This document shows, piece after piece, positions 1 to 9,571 of a stretch of 64,000 bases of DNA. The stretch lies in contig JBBRTE010000014.1 in assembly GCA_038244715.1 (NCBI GenBank), positions 61,775-125,774 on the forward strand. The letters are read 5' to 3'. How positions within the stretch are numbered: the first letter of the stretch is position 1; every line of letters starts with the position of its first letter. The position numbers and the translations under genes were made by a program. Origin of the DNA: Thermoanaerobaculia bacterium (GTDB lineage Bacteria; Acidobacteriota; Thermoanaerobaculia; Gp7-AA8). The notes below the pieces were generated by a model that saw nothing but the letters and a program-made list of their open reading frames with translations, searched no databases and was not told the DNA's origin.

Positions 1-1
1 G

Positions 2-436
2 AACTCGAATACGCTGCTGTGGCTGGTCGGCGCATGGCTCTACGTCGCCGTTCCCGCCCTCGGTCCTGCATATCGGTTTCCGGAGGTCTGGCTCCCGCTG
101 GCAGCCCTTCTGGGCCGGACCCAGACTTTTCAGCGGCTTCTGATGGAGAACTACAAAAACGTCCAGGAGTCTCTGTTCGGAGCACCGCGCACGGTCAACA
201 TCCTCTTCGGCGTGGCTGCGTTCCCCAGCCTTCACGTCGGCTTCCAGACTCTGGCGTTCCTCTGGATGCGCAAGATGACGCGATGGGGTGGTGCGGTATT
301 CATCGTGTTCGTGGTCTTCATTTTTCTCGGATCGATGGTCACGGGTTGGCATTACCTGGTCGACGGCCTGGCGGGTGCGCTGCTGGCGTGGGTGTGTTTC
401 GAGCTGGCGCAGCGCGTTCCGGCAATACGCGCCTGA
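2..436 (+). CDS. PAP2-superfamily membrane phosphatase/phosphotransferase (IPC-synthase-like), 5'-partial
   Basis: Frame open from base 2; AFPSLHV and GWHYLVDGLAG motifs plus hydrophobic segments. Confidence 0.75.
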   Translation, partial: NSNTLLWLVGAWLYVAVPALGPAYRFPEVWLPLAALLGRTQTFQRLLMENYKNVQESLFGAPRTVNILFGVAAFPSLHVGFQTLAFLWMRKMTRWGGAVFIVFVVFIFLGSMVTGWHYLVDGLAGALLAWVCFELAQRVPAIRA

Positions 437-456
437 TTCCCGGCGTTTTGCCCCAC

Positions 457-1599
457 ATGTCTGCGGCGAATGAAACCCGGTCAGCCCTCGGTGAGATCCT
501 GGCAGCGCGAACTGTCGAGGGGGCGCGCGAGCTCTACGACCGGCTCGAGAACAACGCAGTCCGGTGCTATGCCTGCGGGCATCGCTGCAAGATTCTCGAT
601 GGGCTGAAGGGCATCTGCAAGGTCCGCTTCAACGAGGAGGGAGTGCTTCGGGTCCCGCGGGGCTATGCCGCGGCGCTGCAGGTCGATCCCATCGAGAAGA
701 AGCCGTTCTTTCACGCCTATCCCGGCGCGCTTGCGCTTTCCTTCGGCATGCTCGGCTGTGACTATCACTGTGGCTACTGTCAGAACTGGGTGACGTCACA
801 AGCGCTCCGCGATCCGGTTGCCGGTGCCGCTCCGATCGACATCGAGCCTTCCGAGCTGGTAGCCCTCGCCCGGCGCCACGGTGCGACGGTGATCACGTCG
901 ACCTACAACGAGCCGCTCATCACCTCGGAATGGGCCGTCGAGGTTTTTCGGGAGGCGAAACGCGAAGGCCTCGTCTGCTCCTACGTTTCGAATGGGAACG
1001 GGACCGAAAAGGTTCTCGACTACATCGCACCCTACGTCGATCTCTACAAGGTCGACCTGAAGGGCTTCACCGATGCCCACTACCGCGATCTGGGCGGGAC
1101 TCTGCAGCCCGTGCTCGATACGATTCGGGGCCTCAAGCAGCGCGGCATCTGGGTCGAGGTCGTCACACTCCTCGTGCCGGATTTCAACGATTCCGATGAG
1201 GAGCTCACGAAGATGGCCGAGTTCCTGGCTGGTGTGGATGCGGACATCCCGTGGCATGTCACCGCTTTCCATCAGGACTACAAGATGACGGACCACGCGA
1301 ATACCACCGCGCGGCATCTCCTCCGCGCCTATGAAATCGGCCGCCGCGCCGGCCTTCGGTTCGTCTACCCGGGCAACATTCCCGGAGCCGTGGGCGACCT
1401 GGAGAGCACGCACTGTCCGTCGTGTGATGCGGTCGTGATCGGTCGCGTCGGATTCCGGGTTACCTCATATCGATTGAATGCTGGCCATTGTCCCGACTGC
1501 GGCACGACGATCCCCGGTGTCTGGGATGGAACGGCGGCTGTCGGGCGGAGCGGCATACCGCACGCGGTCTCGCTCCCGCGAAAGGAATCCACTGAATGA
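457..1599 (+). CDS. AmmeMemoRadiSam-system radical SAM enzyme (PflA-like)
   Basis: CYACGHRC...CKVR N-terminus, GCDYHCGYCQNW (CxxxCxxC), C-terminal CPSC/CPDC; ATG at 457. Confidence 0.88.
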   Translation: MSAANETRSALGEILAARTVEGARELYDRLENNAVRCYACGHRCKILDGLKGICKVRFNEEGVLRVPRGYAAALQVDPIEKKPFFHAYPGALALSFGMLGCDYHCGYCQNWVTSQALRDPVAGAAPIDIEPSELVALARRHGATVITSTYNEPLITSEWAVEVFREAKREGLVCSYVSNGNGTEKVLDYIAPYVDLYKVDLKGFTDAHYRDLGGTLQPVLDTIRGLKQRGIWVEVVTLLVPDFNDSDEELTKMAEFLAGVDADIPWHVTAFHQDYKMTDHANTTARHLLRAYEIGRRAGLRFVYPGNIPGAVGDLESTHCPSCDAVVIGRVGFRVTSYRLNAGHCPDCGTTIPGVWDGTAAVGRSGIPHAVSLPRKESTE

Positions 1600-2090
1600 A
1601 ACGAATTGCAGTTGCTCTCATCGTGGCGACAACGGCCCTTGCCATCCGGGCGGCAGTCCCCGCAATCTCCTCCCAATCGAACAACGGCTGGGTCGTCATC
1701 ACATCGAAACAGCACGACAAGCTTCTTCTCCTGAAGGTCCGCAAGGAGATTCCGGCGGACGTGCATCCCGCGAGCTATCCGACCGCCATCGAGATGCACT
1801 GGAAGTACGCACCCGATGCCAACGGAATGCCGGCGGAGAAAGTCGTGGGGCAGATCGCGAAGTTCGAGGCGGCCATCGGGCCGATCGAAGGTGATCGCGT
1901 TGGCTACCTCACGATGATCGTCACGGGTACGGGGGAGCGGACCTGGCTCTGGTACACCGCTGATCCGAAGGCGTTCGCCCGTGAGCTGAACCGTCTGCTG
2001 CCGGGTCACCCCTATCCGATCGCACTCAACGTCGGCGCGAAGGAAGCGGACTGGCAAACCTATCGCGCGATGCGCACGAAGGTTCACTGA
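1596..2090 (+). CDS. Exported DUF695-like protein
   Basis: Signal peptide; MIVTGTGERTWLWY motif; ATGA overlap with the previous gene. Confidence 0.6.
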   Translation: MKRIAVALIVATTALAIRAAVPAISSQSNNGWVVITSKQHDKLLLLKVRKEIPADVHPASYPTAIEMHWKYAPDANGMPAEKVVGQIAKFEAAIGPIEGDRVGYLTMIVTGTGERTWLWYTADPKAFARELNRLLPGHPYPIALNVGAKEADWQTYRAMRTKVH

Positions 2091-2114
2091 CACGTTTGCT
2101 AGAGTGCGCCTCCG

Positions 2115-2453
2115 ATGAATGAAACGTTTCATGACGTTCTGTCCCTGGCTGACCTTCCCGTCGGACGAATCCGAGCCGTACGTGTCGACGATCGCGTCAT
2201 TGCGGTCTCGCGCACAACCACGGGGTTTTACGCCACCGACAACACCTGTCCTCACCGTGGCGGGCCGCTGGCCGAAGGCGATCTGATCGGCGACGAGATC
2301 ATCTGCCCGTGGCATCTCTGGGGGTTTGATGTGCGAAGCGGGCTGTGTCCCGGCAACGGAGAATTCACGATTGCCACGCATGAAGTGAGACTCGAGGGGG
2401 ACCGCATCCTCCTCCGACTCTCGCCGGTCCGTGAGCAGACGAGCGTCCCGTGA
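2115..2453 (+). CDS. Rieske [2Fe-2S] ferredoxin
   Basis: CPHRGGPL and CPWH motifs. Confidence 0.9.
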   Translation: MNETFHDVLSLADLPVGRIRAVRVDDRVIAVSRTTTGFYATDNTCPHRGGPLAEGDLIGDEIICPWHLWGFDVRSGLCPGNGEFTIATHEVRLEGDRILLRLSPVREQTSVP

Positions 2454-3088
2454 ATCCGAAACCTCTCCGTCATGTCGACCTATTCTCGAGCGCAGGAAAG
2501 CTCGAGGCCCTCTACCGCGATCTGCAGGATCCGGCCGCGGTAGCCGTGGTCTGCCACCCCCATCCGGTCGGCGGCGGCACCCTGCACAACAAAGTCGTCT
2601 TCCGGGTCGCACGAGGACTCGAGGCGGCGAACGTGGCCACCCTGCGATTCAACTTCCGAGGGACCGGGAACAGTGCCGGTCATCACGAAGGGGGAGATGG
2701 CGAACAGGGCGACGTCATCGCTGCGATCGACTGGCTGATCAAAAAACATCCCGGATTGAAGGTGTTCGCCGGCGGCTTCTCGTTCGGAGCCTGGGTCGCA
2801 TCACGAGCCGCGTGCGAGCTTTCCTCCGTCGACGCGCTCTTCCTGATCGGTACGCCGGTCAATAAGTACGACTTCGGCTATCTCCGATCGTGCGAGAAAC
2901 CGATGCTCATCCTGCACGGGACGCAGGATGAATTCGGCGATGTCGACAAGATCGAGAAGCTCGGCCAGCAGATCCGCAACGCGGAGACGATGATCATTGC
3001 AGGTGCGGATCATTTCTTCACCAAGCAGCTCGACAACGTCGAAGAGACAATCCGCCTCTGGGCGACCGGCGTCATCGAAGGGGACTGA
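2450..3088 (+). CDS. Alpha/beta hydrolase
   Basis: CHPHPVGGGTLHNKVV, GFSFG nucleophile elbow, DEF, ADHFF. Confidence 0.88.
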   Translation: MNPKPLRHVDLFSSAGKLEALYRDLQDPAAVAVVCHPHPVGGGTLHNKVVFRVARGLEAANVATLRFNFRGTGNSAGHHEGGDGEQGDVIAAIDWLIKKHPGLKVFAGGFSFGAWVASRAACELSSVDALFLIGTPVNKYDFGYLRSCEKPMLILHGTQDEFGDVDKIEKLGQQIRNAETMIIAGADHFFTKQLDNVEETIRLWATGVIEGD

Positions 3089-3144
3089 AGAACCGCTTTA
3101 CGGCCGCGCCTCAGATCGGTAGGATTGGGATCCCCGGAAAGGGA

Positions 3145-3200
3145 AGAGTGGAAGCCGTCGCGGCGCAAGCCCGGCGGCTTTCGTGTTTTCGGACCACTCT
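3145..3200 (+). promoter_or_regulatory. Structured leader / terminator-like hairpin upstream of a hydrolase gene
   Basis: AAGCCGTCG/CGGCGGCTT stem with a GCAA-type loop, followed by TTTCGTGTTTT and enclosed by AGAGTGG/CCACTCT. Confidence 0.45.
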
Positions 3201-3212
3201 GGAAAGGCGCAG

Positions 3213-4019
3213 ATGAGCGACGACGTGACGCGGCATCCAATGACGGCCCTGGCGGTGGTCCATCGAGTACCGGGAATGGCTGCGGTGACAGTCCGGAGGA
3301 ACATTGAGTACGCGAGGAGCCGGAGCGGAGCTTTGACCCTCGATCTCTATGAGCCAGCCGGTATTGCGAGCAAGCACCGCCCGACTGTGGTCTTCGTCAC
3401 CGGCTTTTCCGATTCCGGTTTCGCGATGCGGCTCGGATGCAGACAGAAGGAGATGGCGTCGTATGACTCCTGGGCGCGCCTCGTCGCCGCGTCGGGCATC
3501 GTCGCGATGACCTACGAGAATCAGGAACCCGCAGTCGACGTCCGCCAGTTGTTTTCGTTCATTCGACAAAAGGCCGATGCGCTCAACATCGACACGGCAG
3601 CGCTGGGTGTCTGGTCGTGTTCCGGCAACACTCCGAACGCGCTGTCGGTGGTGATCGACGAACCTCTCGCCTGCGCGGTTCTTTGCTACGGATTCCTGCT
3701 CGACCTCGATGGCAGCAGTGCCATCGCGGACGCGCAGAAGCAGTGGGGCTTTGCAAATCCGGCTTCGGGAAAATCAGTACGAGACATTCCCGGCGATCTT
3801 CCCATCCTCGTCATCCGCGCGGGGAAGGACGAGACTCTCCATCTGAACGAGATGATCGATCGCTTTGCGGCGCATGCCCTCGCCGCCAACCTGGCGATTT
3901 CCATCTCGAATCACCCCTCGCTGCCCCATGCGTTCGACCTGCGCGACGGTAGTGAGGCGTCACACGACGCGATTCGAGGAATCCTCGCGTTCCTGCGCCT
4001 TCATCTGCTGCGGGATTGA
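3213..4019 (+). CDS. Alpha/beta hydrolase (dienelactone-hydrolase/esterase-like)
   Basis: LDLYEP, GVWSCSG elbow, HAFD; ATG at 3213 after GAAAGG. Confidence 0.75.
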   Translation: MSDDVTRHPMTALAVVHRVPGMAAVTVRRNIEYARSRSGALTLDLYEPAGIASKHRPTVVFVTGFSDSGFAMRLGCRQKEMASYDSWARLVAASGIVAMTYENQEPAVDVRQLFSFIRQKADALNIDTAALGVWSCSGNTPNALSVVIDEPLACAVLCYGFLLDLDGSSAIADAQKQWGFANPASGKSVRDIPGDLPILVIRAGKDETLHLNEMIDRFAAHALAANLAISISNHPSLPHAFDLRDGSEASHDAIRGILAFLRLHLLRD

Positions 4020-4777
4020 CGATCCGGCGCGCCACTCAGGGCCGTGCGCAGAAACCGCAGACCGGCGATCGTCCGCGTGCCGTGCCATGTGAAGAGATGG
4101 CCGGGGAATGGACCGATGACACGCGGTCCCTCGATCGAGGAGGCATCGGCAGGCGTGAAGACGTAGGGTTCGTCGGGGAGGAAGACGATGTCCGGGCGCA
4201 GGCTCAGGACGTCATCGAGCGCCATCGCTGGGTAGCGGTTGCGCTCACGAAGGAGGTTGCGTCCTCCGATCTCCTCCACGAGATTCGAAACGTAGGTATC
4301 TCCACCACACCACATCCATGGTTGCTTCCAGATCGGAACCGCAAACGTGAACGAAGCGACGACGCCGCGTTCCCGATTCAACTCCGAGACGAGGTCGTGG
4401 GCGCGCCCTTCGCGGCCGTGAATCAACCCGAGGGTCCTGATGAGATCGGCGACGTCATCGATCGTCTTCGGCTCGGTGACGAAGACGGGTGCGAACGATT
4501 CGATCTGCCTGGCGTGTTTCTCGAGATTCTCTTCGAGATTGACGTAGACGAGATCCGGCGACAGAGCGCGAATCTCGTCAATGCGTGGGTTCTTCGTGCC
4601 GCCGACGCGCGGCTGCTCGGTCCCTTCGGGAAAGATGCAGAAGTCGGTGATTCCGACGACCGCGTCGCCGGCGTCGAGGTCGAAGAGGGCTTCCGTCAAC
4701 GACGGCACGAGCGAGACCACGCGTTTCGGAGGTGCCGGAAACGCGAACGAGCGCCCGAGAAGATCCTGTACGTTCAC
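4001..4777 (-). CDS. Helical-backbone metal/cobalamin-binding protein (BtuF-like), no signal peptide
   Basis: RVVSLVPSLTEAL, VGGTKNP, FLPDEPY; GTG at 4777. Confidence 0.82.
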   Translation of the reverse strand: MNVQDLLGRSFAFPAPPKRVVSLVPSLTEALFDLDAGDAVVGITDFCIFPEGTEQPRVGGTKNPRIDEIRALSPDLVYVNLEENLEKHARQIESFAPVFVTEPKTIDDVADLIRTLGLIHGREGRAHDLVSELNRERGVVASFTFAVPIWKQPWMWCGGDTYVSNLVEEIGGRNLLRERNRYPAMALDDVLSLRPDIVFLPDEPYVFTPADASSIEGPRVIGPFPGHLFTWHGTRTIAGLRFLRTALSGAPDRQSRSR

Positions 4778-5004
4778 GGTCTCTGCAGGGTGATCGTTGG
4801 GCGAGAACGATGGCCGAAGGTGTTGCCGAAAAACCTCAGCCAATCGCGCGTGAGCTTCGCGCCGTCGGCCGAGGCGCCGGCCAGAAAGCGGACATGTGAC
4901 GCGATCGCGGCCGGGGGGATCGGGTGCGCACCGATGTCGGCCGCCCTCCCATCCGGAGTACCTATCATCGCGAGCAGGAGCAGTGGCAGAACTCGTCTCA
5001 GCAT
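4774..5004 (-). CDS. Small exported protein; resembles the N-terminus of an M28 peptidase (possible remnant)
   Basis: Signal peptide MLRRVLPLLLLAM, IASHVRFLA; TAATAT 8 nt upstream; GTGA overlap with the next gene. Confidence 0.45.
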   Translation of the reverse strand: MLRRVLPLLLLAMIGTPDGRAADIGAHPIPPAAIASHVRFLAGASADGAKLTRDWLRFFGNTFGHRSRPTITLQRP

Positions 5005-5052
5005 GCTCGCGAATATTAGCGGTATCCTTCGCCCGTTTTGGCCGGTCCTTCC

Positions 5053-6627
5053 ATGTTGCTCCGCTGGTGGCTCCTCATCGTCGTCATCGCCCTCTCCGTC
5101 CACCTCGGCGGATTTCCGCTGCTCGATCCGGATGAGGGTCGCAATGCCGAGGTGGGGCGCGAGATGGCGGCGACGAACGATTACGTGATGCCGCGCCTCG
5201 ACGGTATGCCGTATCTTGACAAGCCGATCGTCTACTTCGCGGCCGAGGCAGCCGTGATGGAAGTGCTCGGACCCACGGAGGTTGCGGCGCGTATTCCGGC
5301 GTTTCTCTTCACCATGGCCGGTGCAGCGTTTCTCTGGTGGTTCGCGAAGCGGGTCTGGGGAAGCGACGAGGCCGACGTTGCCGCGATCGTGTTTCTGTCG
5401 ACGCCGCTGGCGCTGGCGTTTTCGCGCACCGTGATCTTCGACAGCGCGCTGGCGCTGTTCATTACGATGGCGACCGCATTTCTCTATCTGGCGTGCGAAG
5501 AAGAGCATCGCAGATGGGCTGCTCTGGCCTGGCTCGCCATCGGACTGGGAGTCATCACCAAAGGGCCGGTGGCGATCGCGCTTCCGCTGCTCGTCGCGAT
5601 TCCGTACGCGATCTGGCGCAAGCGTTTTCGCGCGCTCTGGTCGTGGGCCGGTCTCGCTCTCTTCATCCTGGCCATCGCGCCCTGGGTCTGGGCGATCTCA
5701 CGGGCCATCCCCGATTTTCTGCATTATGTCCTCGTCACGGAGACCGCGCAGCGTCTGGCGACGAAGGCGCTGAAGCGCACGGGGCCACCCTGGTACTTCA
5801 TCCCGTACCTGATCGCTGGTGCGCTGCCGTGGTCGATCGTCCTGATCAGCAGCCCGCGCGCGATCGATCGGCGCGACCGGTCGGCGCTGTACATGCTGTT
5901 GTGGATTGCGATTCCGTTCGTGTTCTTCTCGATCTCGCAGTCGAAGAGGCCGCAGTACATCCTCCCGCTGATGGCGCCCGTCGCATTGCTGGTCGCTCGT
6001 ATCTGGCGCGATCCGCGACTGCGATGGCGCGTGGCGGCCGGCGTGCTGGTGGTTTTCGGCGTTGCGCTGATGATCGCGCCGGCCTTCGTTCCTCTTCGCG
6101 CCGAGTATGGCGATGCCGCACGGATCTCCGCGATCGCGATGGGCGCTGCGTTCGCGATCGGCGGTGCGCTCGCGTTTGTCACCCGCCGCGAGTTCGCGCT
6201 CGTCGCGCTGTCGATCCCGGTCATCGCCATTCCACTCACCGCCAATCCGCTGATGCGCGCAATCGGCGGGCGGCGATCGGAAGCGGCTCTCATCGAGCAG
6301 CTTCGTCCACGGGTCACACCCCAGACCGAGGTGGTGGGGGTAGAGGCATTCACCGGCTCGATGACGTTCTATCTGCGACGGCCGATGGTGGTGGTCACTC
6401 CCGATGCGGAGGAGTTCACGAGCAACTATCTGATCCGTCACTATGCGGCGTTCGCTGGCGGCGTCACGATCAAGCCGGTTGCCTGGCTGGATGGCGCGCT
6501 CGCCGATCCGGCGCGCAACCGTATTTACATCGTGCGCGCGAATGATGCTGCGCATCGTGCGCGGCTCGCAGGGCGGGGGTTGCGCGCAATCGCATCCGAC
6601 GCGCGTTACGTCGCCTACGCGCGGTAG
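5053..6627 (+). CDS. ArnT/PMT-family (GT83/GT39-like) membrane glycosyltransferase
   Basis: DPDEGRNAEVGREM, YLDKP, TKGPVA, SKRPQYILP; many TM helices. Confidence 0.88.
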   Translation: MLLRWWLLIVVIALSVHLGGFPLLDPDEGRNAEVGREMAATNDYVMPRLDGMPYLDKPIVYFAAEAAVMEVLGPTEVAARIPAFLFTMAGAAFLWWFAKRVWGSDEADVAAIVFLSTPLALAFSRTVIFDSALALFITMATAFLYLACEEEHRRWAALAWLAIGLGVITKGPVAIALPLLVAIPYAIWRKRFRALWSWAGLALFILAIAPWVWAISRAIPDFLHYVLVTETAQRLATKALKRTGPPWYFIPYLIAGALPWSIVLISSPRAIDRRDRSALYMLLWIAIPFVFFSISQSKRPQYILPLMAPVALLVARIWRDPRLRWRVAAGVLVVFGVALMIAPAFVPLRAEYGDAARISAIAMGAAFAIGGALAFVTRREFALVALSIPVIAIPLTANPLMRAIGGRRSEAALIEQLRPRVTPQTEVVGVEAFTGSMTFYLRRPMVVVTPDAEEFTSNYLIRHYAAFAGGVTIKPVAWLDGALADPARNRIYIVRANDAAHRARLAGRGLRAIASDARYVAYAR

Positions 6628-6676
6628 GCGGCTGGTTCGGCGGCGTTGCCGCCCCACCTTGTTATAGTCGCCTCCA

Positions 6677-8518
6677 ATGTGCGGGATCTACGGAATGGTT
6701 GCGCATGGCGCGACCCTGCGTCATCCCCACGTGCTGGGGCTGATGGGCGAGGCGCTTCGCCATCGTGGGCCGGACGGCCACGCCGAATTGACGCGACCCG
6801 ATGCCGTGATCGGGACGGAGCGACTTCGCATCATCGACCTTCATGAGCGCGCCGACCAGCCATTTGCCGCGCCTGACTCGCAGGTATGGCTCGAATGCAA
6901 TGGCGAGATCTACAACGCTGCCGCAATCCGCGCCCGGTTTCCCGACTATCCGTATCGCTCGAAGTCCGACGTGGAGACGATTCTCCCGCTCTACCTCGAG
7001 CAAGGTGTCGCGGCGATTCCCGAGCTCGACGGCATGTTCGGCCTGGCCATCTGGGATGCACGGACGCAGACACTGATTCTCGCGCGCGACCGCGCAGGCG
7101 AGAAGCCGCTGTTCTACGCGAAGACCAGCGGGGAAGTGATCTTCGCCTCCGAGCTGCAATGTCTCCTTCAGAATCCTGACGTCAGCCGGGAGCTCGATCC
7201 GATCGCCATCGGTGAGTATCTGCGTCTCGGGTACGTTCCCGAGCCGCGCACACCTTTCCGCGATGTGCGCCGCGTCGAGGCCGGTACCTTCATCCGTTTC
7301 ACGAATCAGGGCGAAGAGAGCGTTCGCTACTGGGACGCGGAGTCGTTTGCGATCGAACCGATCTCGGCGCGCGACGCCGTTGACGAAACGCAGCGGCTCG
7401 TCGAACGGGCGGTGGAGAAGCAGGTCATGGCCGACGTGCCGGTCGGCGTCTTCACCAGCGGAGGACTCGATTCGTCGATCCTGGCGACGCTGGCGGCGAA
7501 GTTCATCGGCGTCGATCGCGTGCACACCTATTCGGCGGCGTTCGCGGAGCAGTCGTATGACGAGAGTCCTGTCGCCGAAGAGCTGGCGAAGAGGATCCGG
7601 ACGCGCTATGTGCCGGTGCGGACAGACGCGACGACGCTTTCCGAAGCACTGCAGGCGGTGGTTCGAGGAGTCGCAGAGCCGCTTGCCGATCCGGCCATCC
7701 TTCCGACGTTTCTGCTGGCGCGCGCGGCACACCAGCATGTGAAGGTCGTACTCAGTGGCGAAGGAGCGGACGAATTGTTCGGCGGCTATCCGACGTACAT
7801 CGGGCACAAGGTTGCGCCGATGTACGACGCGCTGCCGTCGTTCGTCCGCGCGACCTTGCGCCGCGCGGTGCAGGGGGTGCCGTCATCGACGAAGAAGGTG
7901 ACGCTCGAGTTCCTGCTCAAACGCTTCGTGTCGGACGCGGAGAAGCCGTGGATCGAGCGGCATCTGGCCTGGTTTGGGACGGGGCTGTCTCCCGACGTGT
8001 ACTTGCGCGGCGGCGATGTTCCGGATCTCCCTTCGCTCATGAACAAGGACGCGCTGCCGGGAGCGATGCTGCTCGACTATCGCAGCTATTTGCGCGACAA
8101 CCTCCTCGTGAAAGTCGATCGGGCCACCATGCTCTCTTCGGTTGAAGCCCGCGCACCGTTTCTCGACCGCGACGTGACGCGGTTCGCGCTGTCCCTTCCC
8201 GTCGGACTCCGCATCCGCCGCTTCGAGACGAAATGGGTCCTCAAGAAAGCGGCGGAGCGCTGGTTGCCGAAGGATGTGATCTACCGCCGCAAGCGGGGGC
8301 TGAGCGTGCCCATCGCGAACTGGATCAATGAAGGGTTGCGGAGCGAAGTCGATCGCCTGCTGGCGCCGGAGCGGTTGCGGTCCCAGGGCCTGCTCGATCC
8401 ACGGCACGTCGCCGAACTGCTGGCGGCGCACCGCACCGGCCGCGCCAACAACGCCAAGCCGCTTTGGGCGCTCATCATCCTGCAGTACTGGATTGAGAAC
8501 TGGGCTCCGGGAGCGTAA
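6677..8518 (+). CDS. asnB: Asparagine synthase (glutamine-hydrolysing)-family amidotransferase
   Basis: MCGI N-terminal Cys, HRGPD, NGEIYN, SGGLDSS, LSGEGADELFGGY. Confidence 0.92.
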   Translation: MCGIYGMVAHGATLRHPHVLGLMGEALRHRGPDGHAELTRPDAVIGTERLRIIDLHERADQPFAAPDSQVWLECNGEIYNAAAIRARFPDYPYRSKSDVETILPLYLEQGVAAIPELDGMFGLAIWDARTQTLILARDRAGEKPLFYAKTSGEVIFASELQCLLQNPDVSRELDPIAIGEYLRLGYVPEPRTPFRDVRRVEAGTFIRFTNQGEESVRYWDAESFAIEPISARDAVDETQRLVERAVEKQVMADVPVGVFTSGGLDSSILATLAAKFIGVDRVHTYSAAFAEQSYDESPVAEELAKRIRTRYVPVRTDATTLSEALQAVVRGVAEPLADPAILPTFLLARAAHQHVKVVLSGEGADELFGGYPTYIGHKVAPMYDALPSFVRATLRRAVQGVPSSTKKVTLEFLLKRFVSDAEKPWIERHLAWFGTGLSPDVYLRGGDVPDLPSLMNKDALPGAMLLDYRSYLRDNLLVKVDRATMLSSVEARAPFLDRDVTRFALSLPVGLRIRRFETKWVLKKAAERWLPKDVIYRRKRGLSVPIANWINEGLRSEVDRLLAPERLRSQGLLDPRHVAELLAAHRTGRANNAKPLWALIILQYWIENWAPGA

Positions 8519-8526
8519 CAGCGGGA

Positions 8527-8999
8527 CTACGAGTTCCGATCCCGGCTTTCGTTTTCGACGAAGGCTCGGATGGCCCCGTCCTTCGAGAAAGAGAGCTTCT
8601 GGGCCACTTCTTCCGTGAAGCCCGTGACGCAGGCGCACACGAGATCGCCCAGCTCTGCCACCTCGAACGGTTTGCGCAATACGCCGGCGACCAGCTCCGC
8701 GTCGACCTCTTTGAACCGCTGATCCGAATAGGCGGTGATGACGATGATGATCGGTTTGATCAGTGGGGATGTTCCTTGAGCCACTCGATGACGCCGAAGC
8801 CGTCCATGCGCGGCATCATCAGGTCGAGGAGCAGGACGGCGTAGGCGTGTTGCTTCAGGTTCTCGATCGCTTCGAGACCGTCTGCCGCGGAATCAACGGT
8901 GAAACTCTCGCGCCTTACGATGGTGGAGACGAGCTGTCGAATCGACCGGTCATCATCCGCGACGAGCACTCTCGCACGGTTAGGGGAGTCAGAAATCAT
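8527..8999 (-). pseudogene. Single-domain response regulator split by a -1 frameshift near 8763-8770
   Basis: N-half VLVADDD...LLDLMMPRMDG ends HPH*; C-half IIIVITAY...VLRKPF lies in the adjacent frame. Confidence 0.8.
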
Positions 9000-9048
9000 G
9001 GCAGAACCCGAAAATTTTCTTCCCTCCGAAGAAGAAAAATGCGTGCCA

Positions 9049-9471
9049 TCAGTTGGCCAGAGACTCGTCGATCCGGATCTCGGAAACGAGGGTCTTGTTG
9101 ACCGGGCAACGACCTGCAACGGCGAGCATCCGCTCACGCTGTTCCGCAGTCAGAGGTCCGATGAGCTTGATGGTGACCGTGAAATGGTGGATGTAGCCGG
9201 ACGCGGAAAGGCAGTCCGCACAGTCCTTTGCGTACATCCGGTCGTTCTCTACCGTGACCTCGGTTCCCTCCAGCGGGATGTTCTCCCGCACGGCGACCAG
9301 GCGCATCGTCATGGAGGTACAGGCGCCGAGGGCGGCGGAAAGGAGGTCGTAAGGCGTGGGACCGCCATCGGTTCCTCCCGCACTTACCGGCTCGTCAACG
9401 ACGAAACGATGGGCTCCTGCCTCAGCCTCATTGCGCAACGAACCATTGGCTCGGACGATGACTGGCGGCAT
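9049..9471 (-). CDS. OsmC/YhfA-family protein
   Basis: DEPVSAGGTDGGPTPYDLL, GACTSMT, RCPV. Confidence 0.88.
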   Translation of the reverse strand: MPPVIVRANGSLRNEAEAGAHRFVVDEPVSAGGTDGGPTPYDLLSAALGACTSMTMRLVAVRENIPLEGTEVTVENDRMYAKDCADCLSASGYIHHFTVTIKLIGPLTAEQRERMLAVAGRCPVNKTLVSEIRIDESLAN

Positions 9472-9571
9472 GGAACCTCCCTCGATTCCCCTGCATTATC
9501 GACCGTCCCACACCCCGACGCTCGCGACAATCGAGGAGACGGACGAACGGATGCGTTTCCGCGTTCCCGAA

